64,000 bases of DNA. Source: the human T2T-CHM13v2.0 reference genome, Homo sapiens. The first letter of the stretch is position 1; every line of letters begins with the position of its first letter. Where the stretch lies: NCBI RefSeq assembly GCF_009914755.1, contig NC_060937.1. The stretch is one strand, 5' to 3'. Made by a program: the position numbers and the translations under genes. The notes below the pieces were generated by a model. It worked only from the letters and a program-made list of their open reading frames with translations. It searched no databases and was not told the origin of the DNA. Shown here one piece after another: positions 13,495 through 27,680 of the stretch.

Positions 13495-14538
13495 CCTCCT
13501 ATACCTGAGGAAGACTCTATAATGAGAGGCATAACAGAAAAGTGGTTTTCACTCCCAGTTGCAATTAATTCCATGTTAATCCCCTATTAGGCATTGATTT
13601 CTCTGTGCTGCTTCTGCCCATTAAAATCATTTATTCTATTTCTTACATGCATTTGTTTCTTTCCCTAAAACTTCTAAGATTGTAAACATCTCTAAGGATA
13701 GGGGACATGTTTCATGCATACTTATATCATTGACTTACTTAATGACTAGAAGTAGGGTGTTATTCTCAGTTAAATGTTAAATACAATATGACATTAGAAA
13801 TCATTTTATCCTGGATCAGTTAATTTCATTAATGTGTCTCAAAATGCAATGACACTAATCAGTGAACCAATGCTAGGACTGATACATTTTTGATGGTAAG
13901 TTGAGTGTCAGAAGTGTCTGTTTTATAAATGAGAGTGGGAGAGAGTCTGCCTCTGTTTGCAAAGGCACAGGGTAAAATAGAGATTCATCATGGTGGGAGA
14001 TGCAGGTGGACAGTGATGGTTTCAAAGGGGAAAAAGGATACCAGAAGAAGAGGTGAGCATGAGATAAAGTCACTCCTCCCTTCAATCTTACAGTTCTGCC
14101 CAATGCCTGGCATATCTTGAAGGTTATGCTTCACCTATAATGGATGCAAATAAACCAGAGACTGATGCAACTGTAATGCTTACACTGTGTACTTCCAAAT
14201 AGGAGGACCCAAACACGAATTAGAGCCTGAGGTCCCCTGTCCAGCATATTAGCAAAGCATTTTAAAGGACCTTCACTACGTGCTCCAAATAAATAATGTG
14301 ATTCATGCAGAAACAGATGCTATTTTATTGTGCTAGTAGAATATGTGAATAATTTATGCAGTAAGTCCAATCATACTTTGAGAGAATAAATGATGATAGT
14401 CAATACCTTTCTCTTGCCTTATATATTAATTATAGAGATCTAATGCATTATAAATTTACTAACAATTTGAAAGAGGAAAATAGTTTTGTTTTAAAATATT
14501 ATGATATATCCCAGTGAAACATTTGAGCACATGAAAAT

Positions 14539-14836
14539 TTATTTATTTATTTTTGAGACAGGGTCTCACTCTGTCACCCAGGCTGGAGTGCAGTGGCACG
14601 ATCTTGGCTCACTGCAACCTCCGCCTCCTGGGTTCAGGTGATTCTCATGCCTTGGCCTCCTGAGTAGCTGGGACTGCAGGCACATGCCACCATGCCCGGC
14701 TAATTTTTGAATTTTTGGTAGAGATGGGGTTTTGCCATGTTGGCCAGGCTAGTCTTGAACTCCTGGCCTCAAGTGATCCGCCTGCCTCGGCCTCCCATAG
14801 TGCTGGGATTACAGGCGTGAGCCACCATGCCCAGCT
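14539..14836 (-). mobile_element. AluS (Sz/Sx-like)
   Basis: Full antisense dimer; TSD agcacatgaaaat. Confidence 0.96.
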
Positions 14837-15413
14837 AAGCACATGAAAATCGATTTCAGAAGTATCTATACTGCATAGAAAATTCAAGATAACCTGGGAA
14901 AAATCTTATCTAAAAATATTTGCGCCTTTTGCTTTTTCAGTGGAATTTATACCATTTCCACTCTTTCTTGGTAAGGGTAGGTTACAAAAGACTTGGGTCA
15001 GAGATGATTCTGCGTTTCCAATTGTCTATTGATGCTATTTGGACAGATCCCTCGTTCTGTGTTTTTCACGTGATCTCAACATTTTTCTTCTGCTCCAATA
15101 TCTGCTTGGGCTGTGCTATTATCTAGGCGTAGTAGTGGCTTACTCTCCCAGGGTTTCTCAGGGAAGTATTTTCAAATGAGAATTATGTCCAGTGAATCTG
15201 GAAAAAAGTGGCCAACAGAATAGGTGCTTTTATACTTTGGCCATACTGGTTAGAAATAGGAACATAGAGAAAATAGGGAAAGTATAAACTTAGAAAACAC
15301 TTTCTGTCAGTTTATGTTCTCTCCTAGCATTCATTGTTTCACTAGTGTTCTCTGTAAACCTTAATCTGAGCTCCAATGTGTCTCCATCCTATGACTACGA
15401 CTATAAAATTTAA

Positions 15414-15738
<325 letters not shown>

Positions 15739-17074
15739 CACTCATTTTTAAGTCTGTTTATTTTTCAGTAGTTCTTCATTATTTTTCCACCATTTTAATT
15801 TATTCCTGGAATTGAAAAGAGAAACATTCTGATGGATAATTGGCTGCTTATTAATAGGTATTTAGTTCCCCCAGTGAACCACCCCTAGGTTCAGAAAGCC
15901 ACGGTGGCTTCCTTTTGTATTTGGACACATCCGCTTGTTCTACCAGTTCCCTGTTAATATCTTCAACTACTCCCTTATGGCCCATGCAATAAATGTGCCT
16001 GGTATTTTCCTGTAGCCCAGGGACTAAACATTCTCCATGTGAGAATCTACCTTATTGCTTCATGCTCAGAGTCTTCCTGATGAGTGACAAGACCAGAATG
16101 TTGGGCATAGGCCATTGACAGGCCTGACAAGTGGATAGTGGCTGCTGGCTAAAACCCCATCTCTACAGATAACTCTTTCATAGTTACACAACATTGAAAA
16201 CTCACTTGGAGATTACCAGATAAAGTTTTGAATTTTTCCTGGAGGTTGGGTCTTGCTGCATGGTGAGCACTGCTCTACACCCTACTACCCACCTAACTCT
16301 TTGGCAAGTTCAGCCTGATTGCATTTCTGCCCAGTCACTTCCTAATAAATGTTTTATATTTATTTCTTGTAAGCTACTTTCCAAGACAAATTTTACCTTT
16401 CCCTAAATGCCCATTCTAAGGTTTTTACAGCACTCAGGTATAAAACTTAATTAAAATGCCCAAATATTTATCATAAGCTTGTGAATGTATACATCTGTTT
16501 GTCTTTTGCTTGCTTAACTTGTCCCTTCACTTACATTGGATCCATTTTATCTACAAAATTATAAGCATGTGAATAGCAGAAAACATTTAAGGATGTCTTC
16601 CAACCCTCCTCCCAACCACTCTAATAGGCCACTCCCTCCTTAGGCAAAGGAGCCTTTATCAGCCTTGTTTAGATTTGGTTAATGGATTCTTCACTGATAA
16701 TAATGTCTTAACTTGATATTTTAAGCCATGCCATTAATTACTAACATGCTCTTGTAACTTAATGCCAGTTCCTTCACTTCATTCTGCAAACCATTTTTAT
16801 TCTAAAATAAATTTCATAAAGGAATCGCTTCTCTTTGCTTAGTTTCAGACGTCTAAATTAGCCCTAGGCATTCCTATTTATTTCTGGTTCTGAGGACCTT
16901 CTGGAATTAGATCTGACACAGAGTCTTCCACAGGGAGCTGACAGCTGGCAGCACCAGAATGGATGATGCACTCAAGGAGTGTAGAGTCAGAGTGACCTCA
17001 GGAACAGATTAATCTCCATCTATGCGCAGATATATGTCAGACTTATTCCTGAGAGCTCTGTTATACAAAGCCCA

Positions 17075-17550
<476 letters not shown>

Positions 17551-20045
17551 GAAAATGTACGGGGATTTGGGTATTTAAGAGTTTCAGTTCTTCCTGCTGA
17601 TTTTAGGGCTTAACACATAAGGAGACCTGAGAGTTAACTAGCAAAATTGAAATGACTATAATAAATTAACAACGTATATAGTGCCTGGGAGCTATGATTA
17701 CAGGTGGTATAAAAATGCAAAATGTAATGAGAATGATAACTTTACTGAGAAGCTTCTGAAAATGGGATGATATAATGTCTGCCTAGGGCCAAATGGGAGG
17801 TGCTTCCCCCAGCCAACTGATACTCTGTGACTTCATGGAATATATAAGAACGTTTGCCCAGTATGCCATGGCTTGCAACTATGATGCCCAAAACATAACA
17901 TTATCTTCATCATTCCCAAATTATTTATAAGAGTGATTTTCCTGGTAGACTACAACTCATCGTATCATTTGATTTAGAAGCAGTTCCACAATTTACCAGT
18001 TGCTTTTCTTATGTCACTTGAAATAGAACAGTATGGGAGTAAAGTTTAGCATAGTGTACATTTTCTGGGAGTTTTGTGTTTGCTTTCTTTCTTACTATTA
18101 TTGGATCAAAGCACTTTTACCTCCTGTGTATTAGTTATGCATATCTACAGATCTGAAACCTTTTTGATTCAAAAATCCCTAGGGGCAGAAAGCCTCTGGG
18201 ATAAATACTTAACAAATTATGTTTTAACAATTACATAAGAAAGAGATGGTCCCTGGCTCATTAAGAACAACACATGACCAGTTACTTCCTTGTATTTGTA
18301 GCATTACTGGACTGGCAGATGAAGGGAAAAACCATTACCCATAGATAGAGTTTAGCTTTATTCATTGAGCTAGCCAGCAGCTTTCTCCCAATATGGACAT
18401 GCTCCTGGTGGGTAGGGAGAAATTGGGCAGTATGATAATAGAGTCACTTGGGCTCCTTTCATTAAAATATCTATATGCAAAATATTAGATTTATGTCACC
18501 CTAAAATATATCTGCAGCCCCACTGATATTTTTATGTAATTACATAAATACATAATCTAATACATAACAGCCTCCCACGCTTTCAAGGGTCCACCTTTTC
18601 TGGCATATTTGGGAAGGGGGAACTTGTTCTCATATTACTCCTAATGCAATCAAGGGGATTTGCTTCACTCCTTGACTGTTCTGACACCTCCCAGCCACAG
18701 CCCCCTATATTTGTTATATCTTCTTGTTCATGAACTTCAGCAAACTAGTAAGTGTGGGAGTGACTGCATTCACCTCCACCACTCTACCCTTTTGCTGCTC
18801 ACATGACCTCCACTCAAGATCATTCAAGTATGTCCTATGGGGAAGAGGACTACAACGGTCAATCTCTAGGAGATATTTTCTCAGGGACATAGTCTAGGTC
18901 CTTGCTCTGCCACTTTCAAGTTCTGCCCCATCTCAGTCCATCTTTCAACCTATCTTTGTAGCCAAATGTGGTAACTGAGTACTTCTCTGTTCAGTGTTCT
19001 AGATGCTGGGAAAATGAGAGGAGATATGATGGTGGTTCCTGCTCGAAAGGAGATTTATATTCTGGTGGTAGGAAAGACACAATTAAAAATAATCAAATAA
19101 GATTCTTTCAGAAACCAACGAGAGCTCTGAGGAAAAAACACTTTTCATGCATCACATACCATGTCCCTATCTTTACATATCTGTTGTTTGGCTCCCCTTA
19201 GGGATTGCCACCACCATGAACAGAAAGGAATTTATTTATCTTCCTATCTCCCGTACAGATTATGGAGGATGCAGCAGCTCCCAGCAGTGCATTTCTCACT
19301 ACCTGATTTGTTCAGTCTAGAATAATCTCCTGCTGTACTTCAGTCATCCTCCCCCAGGTCTGATTGGGTCAAGGTTTCCCTGTCATCGTGTGGTGCAGGT
19401 TGTCTGCTCATCTGGTTGTCATCCACTGGGTGATCACAGGATCCAAATAGACACTCAGCCCCAAGAGTAATTCTCAGAGCAGTCAGAAGACACATTGAGA
19501 AAAAGAAGCGCAGTCTTCACAGATGCCCCTGCCCACACCAAGGAAACCATTTAACAACTTCATGAGTCTTCTTGACTGGCAGATGTTTGCTCTTTACACT
19601 GGAATCTTCAGGGATATAAAAGATAGAACTATTTCAGGCCTGCCTTCTCCCTATGGATCATCTCTTAGCTATACAAAGGTTGAGCAGAAACTTTACTATT
19701 AATATTTTTCCCCATTAGATCCGAAGCCAAGCCAATTTCTTCACCTGGGCATTCTCCTTTCATCTTTATTTGAAGGGAATCAGTTTCAGGACCCATTCCT
19801 CTCTCCAAATAACTCTCCAGGAAAGTGTGGCTGATTGTGCTTCAGTTACATAGGAAACATACTTATCAGTTTTGGGCATAACACAAACTATGAAGGATGA
19901 CAAATATGTTTTAAAGCATCTCTTCTTATGACCTATTAATAATGTTGAATACATCAGGCCAAAAATAGATGACAGAATCAAATTTTTTTTTCTTAATAGG
20001 ATGGAATGATGTGTTTCAACCATGGATATATGATATGATGGGGAG

Positions 20046-20066
20046 ATATATATATATATATATATA
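20046..20066. repeat. (TA)n microsatellite
   Basis: Seen directly in the sequence. Confidence 0.9.
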
Positions 20067-20099
20067 ATTCTAAACCTTATTGGCACTAGTTCAGGGTAA

Positions 20100-20655
20100 G
20101 GGAGATCAGGCATAACTTGACAGTAGTCGATCTGAAAAGACCCTAAGGGCATCAGTAGACCATGAACTCACCCTACATCCACAGAATGGCATAGCAACAA
20201 AAGGGCAAGTGCCTAGAACCAGGGACGATATATTCTCACTGACATCTGATAAACATCCCACTGAAATCTGATATTCTCACTGATAAACTCAAATCTGGAA
20301 CACTGCGTCTAATTTGGGGACTAACTCACTGACAGGGATACTTATAAACCAGAGAGCATTCAAAGTACGTTGGCTCCAGTGCAAGGGCATCTGAAAACTA
20401 TGTAATATAATGAACTGTTTCTGGAACTGAAAAATTTAATACAGAAAGAGAAGGCTCATGGTAGACATAAGTTACTTCCAATATTTACATGGCTAGTGTG
20501 TGGAAGAATGAGTTGGTAGAAACCATGTTGTACAAGACAATTGATGGCAGATGGATAGGAATTTCAAACTAGAACAGTCCAACAGTGGAACAAGCTATTT
20601 AACAAAAGAGTGAGCACTTTGCCACTGAAAATGATCAAATAGGGGCTTGAACAGA
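20100..20655 (+). mobile_element. CR1/L3 LINE 3' fragment
   Basis: tgaaaagaccctaagggcatcagtagacca, ctggaacactgcgtctaatttgggg, ctgaaaactatgtaatataatgaa and aacagtggaacaagct...gtgagcactttgccactg are typical CR1/L3 ORF2-end motifs. Confidence 0.65.
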
Positions 20656-21989
20656 TCTGTAAAATGTAAATCATTATTACCTTTATTTTATTCAAGTTAT
20701 TATTATGATCTTTGTGACAACTCTTTTTAGTCTTTTTTGACCCACAGTATGGAAAAATTCAAAGTATGAATATTTTTCAGCGTTGACCCTCTCATCTTTC
20801 TCCTCTCTTATTTGTGCATAAAGTTTTCATCACCTTCCGAAGTGCCGTCCTCTCTGGTGAATGTCTGATGGAGCATGGTGAGTGGTAAATTACTATGGCC
20901 TGGAAGGCTCAGTAATTACCAGGAAGTGACTTGGGCACTGGAGAAAATCTGGCTCATTATATTATTTAAAAATGAGCCTCATTAAGAAATTCACAAATGT
21001 ATTGCTTTAAAATGAAGCTTGCACTAGAAGAAATACTTGAAAATTATGCAAATAAAGAAGCTCCTTTCAAAATTAGTATTGTAGAGGGAATCAGATGAGT
21101 GTTTATTAACTAAAAAAATAGAAAATGCGCTCCTTGCCTGGTGAATATATAATAGAAATATGTGAGAACATAGCTGTATAATGCTATCTAAGTCTTGCTG
21201 GCATTATTTATGCAGCCTGTGTCAGCCATGAGGAAGTCATGGTGGGTTCTATGTATGACTAAAATTCATTTATCTTTTGAGTCAGTGTTTGCTTACATTT
21301 CTGCTACTTATCTGGATCGTAAGTTTGATAACTCAGCTTATTGTGCTCATGTTATCCCCATAAAAATGGAGTAATTATTTCTATTTGCCTCATCAAACCA
21401 TTGTGAGCAGACTTTTCAGCTGAACATAGTAAAGAGAAATTAAATGACATCCTTCTATGACCAACACTGGCATATTTGCTATTTTGCACTCCCTTCATAG
21501 GCAAGACTATGCTTTTGAAAAACCTAGGAAATATTTTAGAGTTTATCTCAAATTATACTGAAGCCCACCTTGATGATCATGGGCAGAAGAAGAGTGGGGT
21601 AACTCAGTGCTCTACTTCCAGTGGAGATCAGACTTAAGCGTAGTAAGTATAGTTTGTGCTGAACTTTTGTTTCTCTCATAACTTCAGAAGAGAGAACCAA
21701 ATCTCTATAAGGAGATAATGTATCCTATTGTCTTTCAGGTGATTCTTTGAAATGTTAATTAGTTTCAAAATCTGTTTATTACCTGTGTTCTTATTGCCAT
21801 TGTAAAGATATATCAGTTCATTAGTTTTCATCTGTATTCTTAAGGAATTTAAAAACAGAGGTTCCAAGTAGGAAAATCCGATAGCTACTTCGAGAGCCAG
21901 CGGATACCATCCACAGATATTAAGAAGAGGTAGAACGTTAGCTGGGAAACAGGAAGTAGAAAAAGCAGTCCACAAATGTCTGCTGAACT

Positions 21990-22098
21990 CTACATTTTGA
22001 ACAGACAGGGCATGTCTGTCTTATTTATGTTTGTATCTCCAGGGTCTAGCACAGTGCCTGGCACATAGTGGGCACTCAAGAAATATTTGTTGAATTTG
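21990..22098 (+). mobile_element. L2 3' end
   Basis: gtatctccagggtctagcacagtgcctggcacatagtgggcactcaagaaatatttgttgaat. Confidence 0.85.
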
Positions 22099-22247
22099 CA
22101 GTAAATCATAAATGGAAGGGTGAAGTAGAAATGGAATGGCCTTACAGTATGGTCTCTGAGTTTATTATTCAAGTTATTTAGTAACAGTGGTGATTTAAAT
22201 TGCACATTGTAACTTTGCTTAATAATATTAATATCCTTGTAGTATAG

Positions 22248-22400
22248 ATAGTAGGTCTCAAGCTGGGCTTCTTCTGAAACTCAAAAATCTCAATGCCCCA
22301 GGCTGCCCACCCACAGACCAATTCAAGCAGAACCTTTAGGAGTGGAACCTGGATAATAGAATTCTTTAGGGCCCTTCAGAAAATTCTAGAGAACCATTAC
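22248..22400. mobile_element. MER5-type hAT fragment followed by a (TG)n tract at ~22407-22440
   Basis: ggtctcaagctgggc...aatgccccaggctgcccacccacagaccaattcaagcagaacct...ttctagagaacca. Confidence 0.55.
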
Positions 22401-24594
22401 AGGGGCGTGTGTGTGTGTGTGTGTTCACACTTGTGTGTGAAACATAATTTAAGCTCCGTATTACAAGTTTCACTTGATAGTACTTCTCTCCTTTGGCAAG
22501 GGCAGGGATTGACGGTCTGGAGGGGAAGAACTTGCACCAGACTATAGAAAATGCATAAATATGTATGGAGGAGTTGGTGCTATAAATCATTCCACTATTA
22601 ATTATGCCATGGCCTGTTTTTATGTTCACTCTTCTTTATAAATGAGATGAAATAGCTTTACAATGTGCCTAACATCGTTTTAAAATGCCACATAAATTCA
22701 CTCTTGTTTTTATGGGGTTGAAAAATTTTAACACAGAAATAATTTGCCTAGCTTGAAGAATTTGCATAAAACCATCGTAGGGGTGTGTTAAAAATTACTC
22801 TTCTTCCTTTTAATGTAAGAGCGCAAGACAGGATGGAGGATAGATTTCATTCTTATGGTGCCCCAGGTGAATCTCACATTTGCATATTAAAGATTCAATT
22901 TAAAATAAACTCCCAAGTCACAATGGGCATTTACCCTAGAATATATATTTCAGCATCGGCCTGGGACCATGCAAGGAAAATTCCTAGAGGGACAGCAGAG
23001 TCCACAGTTGTTGTAGCTATGCACCTCTTGTATTTACCTTTACAAATGTTAGCAGGAGAATATGGTCTGGGTAGCCCACCCCTGATGCCAGAAAGAAAAT
23101 GGTAAATTATAGAAACAAAATGGTATAGCAGTTTGACTTTTACTTCTCAAGGTCTTGTGGTTCCATTACCCCTGGCAACAGTTGGGCTGTCTTATGCGAG
23201 TAAGTTGGTGAAAGCTAATACGTGCTATTGGAAGTGAGAAGATACTGGGAATAGCTTCTCTTTTAGGGAACAATAAATATTACCTAAAGAAATGAACTCT
23301 GGAAAGAACAATTAGATAGTGCAGGGCATGTGTGCAAGTTAAGATATGCTTGGGTTTGGCTTAGGTAGCTGTTGATATCAGGACATCAACTTGGTACCAA
23401 AATTAGCTCAAGGCAATCCATCAACAATTCTAGCATTTCTTTTCTCCTTTTTGGGTTTGCCCAGCCCCTCAGTCTAGTATTTCCTTATTCACTAAATGAT
23501 GCTGAGAATAGCCCTACCATCAATAATATCTTTCATTAGTGTTAAATGACAGGTACTATGTTAATTTGATATTTATTAATTTCTTAATATTTATTTTAAA
23601 ACTTAAATGTGATAGAATAGCTTTCCCTTAGATTAACTTTAGTGGTTTCCTTGTTTAAAAAGTTAAAGACTTACAAAGAAAGAGAGAGAGAAAGAGAAAG
23701 AGAATTTGGCTTAGGTATTTCTGCAGAACATTTAAATTAATTCTTCTCTTTGTATAGTGTCACTGCTTTATCTGCCACCTTGATTGTTTTGCCTCATCTT
23801 CGTTTGTGGCATAAGTTGTTTGGAGTTTGGCCGGCGTATCTATATAAGTAATGTGTTTACTGCTACGATGGGGAAGGTTCCAGTTTTAGTGCTTAGCATT
23901 GCTTGGTCTGTAGTTTGTTCTTGGCTTAAACGACTTAACAGTACATGGGGTGTTTTAAGGCCCGATAATCTTTTTTTTTTTAATCTTAGAGATTTGCTTG
24001 AAAGATGAAGCTGTCACAGAGGCACCCAAGGAAGTCATAACAATTCTTCTTCACTGTGCAGCTTTATTTAGGAGAAATGCAGAAAAGTGCAGAAGTTGCA
24101 AGAGTGTAATGTTTACAGAAAAACAAACCTAATCTTTTTACATTTTGTTCAATGATTTTGTTTTGTTTGAAGTGTTGCTTCTCCTGCACGCCCCCCACAC
24201 CGTGCCTCCCACCTCCTTGGCCAACCTAACTTTTAACCCAAAACATTTTCCAGTTCTTTTTGATTGAAAATTGGGTTCATATAGAGGAACTCCATCTTCC
24301 TCACATGATGACCAAACCTGGACGTCCAGACTCTTCCTCCTTCAGTAGGTTACACGTCACATCCAGACGCACCTTGCTTATCCATCCCACCCTCACTCAG
24401 AGACATCCAGGGACATGGACATCTGCAGGAATCAATCCCACAGCACCAATTTCACTTTTCCATCTTCTTTCACACCGTATCTCTGTAAGAGCTCTGCTTA
24501 CGTAAACTGGCTTATGCATTGTCACCCCAAACTGTCTTTTACTATCTCAACTTTTCCTGTTTTCTCATACTATTTCGTCTTCATTATTGCTTTG

Positions 24595-25078
24595 TGTATT
24601 AGTCAAGATTCTCCAGAGAAACAGAACTAATAGGAGGTATGGACTCAAGTGCACATGTATGTAGGTATGAATCTATCTATCTATGTATCTGTCTACCTAT
24701 GTGTATGTCTATCTATCTGTCTATCATCTGTCATCAAATAAAGAATTGGCTTGTGTCCAAAATCTGCAGAGCCAGCCTCCTAGTTGAAATCTGCAGGTCG
24801 TGGACTGCTGTAGAACCAGAAACTGCTATTATTCTAGTTTGAAGGTCATCAGGTCAGACAGGCGAATTGTCTGTTATTTGGGAGAGTGTCAGCCTTTTGT
24901 TCTGTGTAGACTTTCAGCTCACCCACGTGAGAGAGGGCAATCTGCCTTACTCGGTCTATGGATTTAAACACTAATCTCATTCAAAAACACTCTTGTGGAA
25001 GTATACAGAATCATGTTTGACTAAGTATCTGGACACTCCATGACCCAGTCAAATTGACATATACAATCAACCCTCACA
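24595..25078 (-). mobile_element. MLT2 (ERVL) solo LTR with an internal (TCTA)-like tract
   Basis: tgtattagtcaagattctccagagaaacagaactaatagga ... gagggcaatctgccttactc ... cccagtcaaattgacatatacaatcaaccctcaca. Confidence 0.88.
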
Positions 25079-26194
25079 CTCTCCTTACAAACACTTGAAG
25101 CCAGTTATGGTTACTCCCCTAGAGACAAAGTTCTTCAACCTGAACCTCTCGGGCCTTCAGCCATTCCTCATACGGTGCAGTTTGAGGTACATTAGCTCCC
25201 CTGTTGCCCTTTCTCCTCACCTCCTCATAGTTTTATCCCAAAGCAGGGGGCTGGTTTTACTCCTCCAGTTCTCCAAGACTGACCAGACCTCCCTTTTTTT
25301 TTTGGTTTTATTCTTTTGAGGCACTCAATAAAAATGATTCCTGGATGTGTATGCAGAATAAAGAACTTCTGTAGCCTGTAGGATCCATGATTTATGTGTG
25401 GTTGAATGCAAGCGTTCATCTATTTGTGTTTTTCAAATAGATAGTTTATCAGACTGGGAAGAAATGGTGGCATGAGGTTTGGAGTTTTTGAAGCTGGCTT
25501 TATCAGAGAACAGTAGATTGGAATATTAAATCCTCATTATATCAAGGGACAGCTGTGGCTCTGATTTGATTGCAGGCTTGAATAGAAATTGTTAAATTGT
25601 TTTTCTAGAAGTAATCAAAAATACTAATATTTAAAGTGAATGCTCTTTAGTTTTATAAATTATAGTCAAAGGTTATCTGTCCTTTGATTAAATCATTGTA
25701 AAATATAAACTTTAGCCCAATAATAATTTTTCACTTAGATTACTTTCAGAGGCATTGTTTTTACCCAGGTAACAGTTTATGAGAAGGCCTGAGAACAATT
25801 CTGATTGTGTCTGTAGCACCTTGATAGCTGTACCAAGATGTTCATGGTCTTTGAGCTTGCCATATTTCCATGCCTGGGCCCATTCTGTTTATTCTGCCTG
25901 AAACGCCCTCTCATGCCTGCCCACCCGAGACACCTTCTTATTCATAGTGCTTCCACTCAATGGTGTCTGAAATATCTTCTCTGACTTCAGCAGGCCAACT
26001 TCGGTATTCCCTTCTGGCAATAATGCACTAGGTACATTCTTTTGTCATCTCCCTTGTCACATTGTATGTTCTCTATTTCCACATTTGCCTTTCTGCAACA
26101 ACAGTGCCTTTAAAAGCATCACATAGTAATACATACTTGTTACTGTTATGCTTCTCATAGTAGCGATTCAATGGTGAGCATTATGGATGTGGTC

Positions 26195-26605
26195 TGTTAG
26201 GGTTTGGTTGTGTGTCCCCTCCAAATTGCATGTTATGTGACCTTTAATGTTGCAGATGGGGCCTAGTGGGAGATGTTTGGGTTGTGGAGGTGGATCTCTC
26301 ATGAATGGCTTTGTGCTGTCCTCCTGGTGATGAGTGAGTTCTCTGTCAGTTCGTGGGAGCTGGTTGTTTAAAAGAGCCTGGAACCCCCTTCTTTCTCTCC
26401 TGCTCCCTCTCTTGCCATGTGACATGCCTGCCCCTCCTCCACCTTCCACCATCAGTAAGAGCTTCCTGAGGCCTCACCAGAGGCTGAGCAGATGCTGGTG
26501 ACATGTCTGTACAGTCTGCAGAACTGTGAGCCAAATGAAGGTTTTTCCTTATAAATTACCCAGTCTTAGGCATTCCTTTATAGTAATGCAAAACAGACTA
26601 ATACA
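26195..26605 (+). mobile_element. MSTB-like solo LTR (MaLR)
   Basis: tgttagggtttggttgtgtgtcccctccaaa ... ataaattacccagtcttaggcattcctttatagtaatgcaaaacagactaataca; TSD tggtc/tgctc. Confidence 0.92.
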
Positions 26606-27499
26606 TGCTCCCAACCTTGTGAACCTTCAAGCCTAATGTGGACTGAAGCCATGTCATCTTTGTCACCAGTACTTATTAAATCAACAAATATATAAAAATG
26701 GATTTCTGCAGCAGACTCCTTAAATATAGGGACAATATTTTATGTTTTTTTTTTGTTTTTGCTTGTATACTCAAAACTTGGCGTAATTATGTATTGAGTG
26801 AAGGGAGGAATGATTAATTTAAGTAATTTCATTGTTGGCTTTCAGTTTTAGATGAGTAAGTAACTTTTCAGAAAAAACTCATTTAAATGTTTATGTTAAT
26901 TTCTTTTCATAAATGCTGTTTTGAAGCTGATAATTTTAGGGGTAATGAAAATTCAAAAGTCAGGTCATCTCCCAGGGAGAGTGAGTAGGAATGATATGAC
27001 ACTTTTACTAGCATGATATATTTAGACAATTCTAATCATAGTTTCAGTAATTATAAAATTATTAACATCAACTTTCAGTTATCTTTAGACTTCAAAGGTA
27101 GAATTTAACCTTTAACTCTGTCCCAATCTGTCATGTAAACAACCTAAATTAACTACCCTTTGAGATCAAAAATTAATATCTTACAAGGGTTTACTCAGAG
27201 TATGCTAATTCTTTGAAGCTTCCTGAAAACCAAATTCAAATTCAAGACAATTAAATGTTAATAAATTTCTAGTGATCAGAGAGACAAATATAAGGAAGAT
27301 TAATATTCTTTCTCCATGCTTTGGAGACAGGCTCTCAAAGTGATCAAATAAAATGTTACCTTTGAAAGTGACACCTTACATTACAGTGCTTGGATGTCCT
27401 TCTATAGTTAATGAACAGGCAGAGTTTTTTTCTTCTTTCTGAGCATTGAGATAGGTGCAAGGGTTGGTGAGCTCCCTTGAGGAGGTCATAGTAAGAATA

Positions 27500-27680
27500 A
27501 AAATGTATGTATTCATTCAACAAGTTTTTATTGAGAAACTGTCATTGGCAGACGTTGTATTCAACACTGGGATTATGGACAAGAAAGGCATGGATCTTGT
27601 CCTGTGGAGCTTACTCTTGGGGGGTAGGTGGATAAAAACCACAAATACACAGAAAAATAAACACAAAGTCATTAACAAAT
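27500..27680 (-). mobile_element. L2 3' end fragment
   Basis: attcattcaacaagtttttattgag...gtcctgtggagcttactct. Confidence 0.6.

Noticed and set aside
20745-20883. Possible + strand exon (cccacag acceptor, ATG|GTGAGT donor)
   Set aside because: All three frames contain stops and there is no homology. A non-coding exon cannot be excluded but is unsupported.
21676-21975. 99-aa minus-strand ORF with a ttcctgtttcccag acceptor and several CpGs
   Set aside because: No recognisable protein and no convincing matching donor.
23970-24132. Poly-T + ttag acceptor followed by a short open frame
   Set aside because: No homology and no clear donor; such sites are common by chance.
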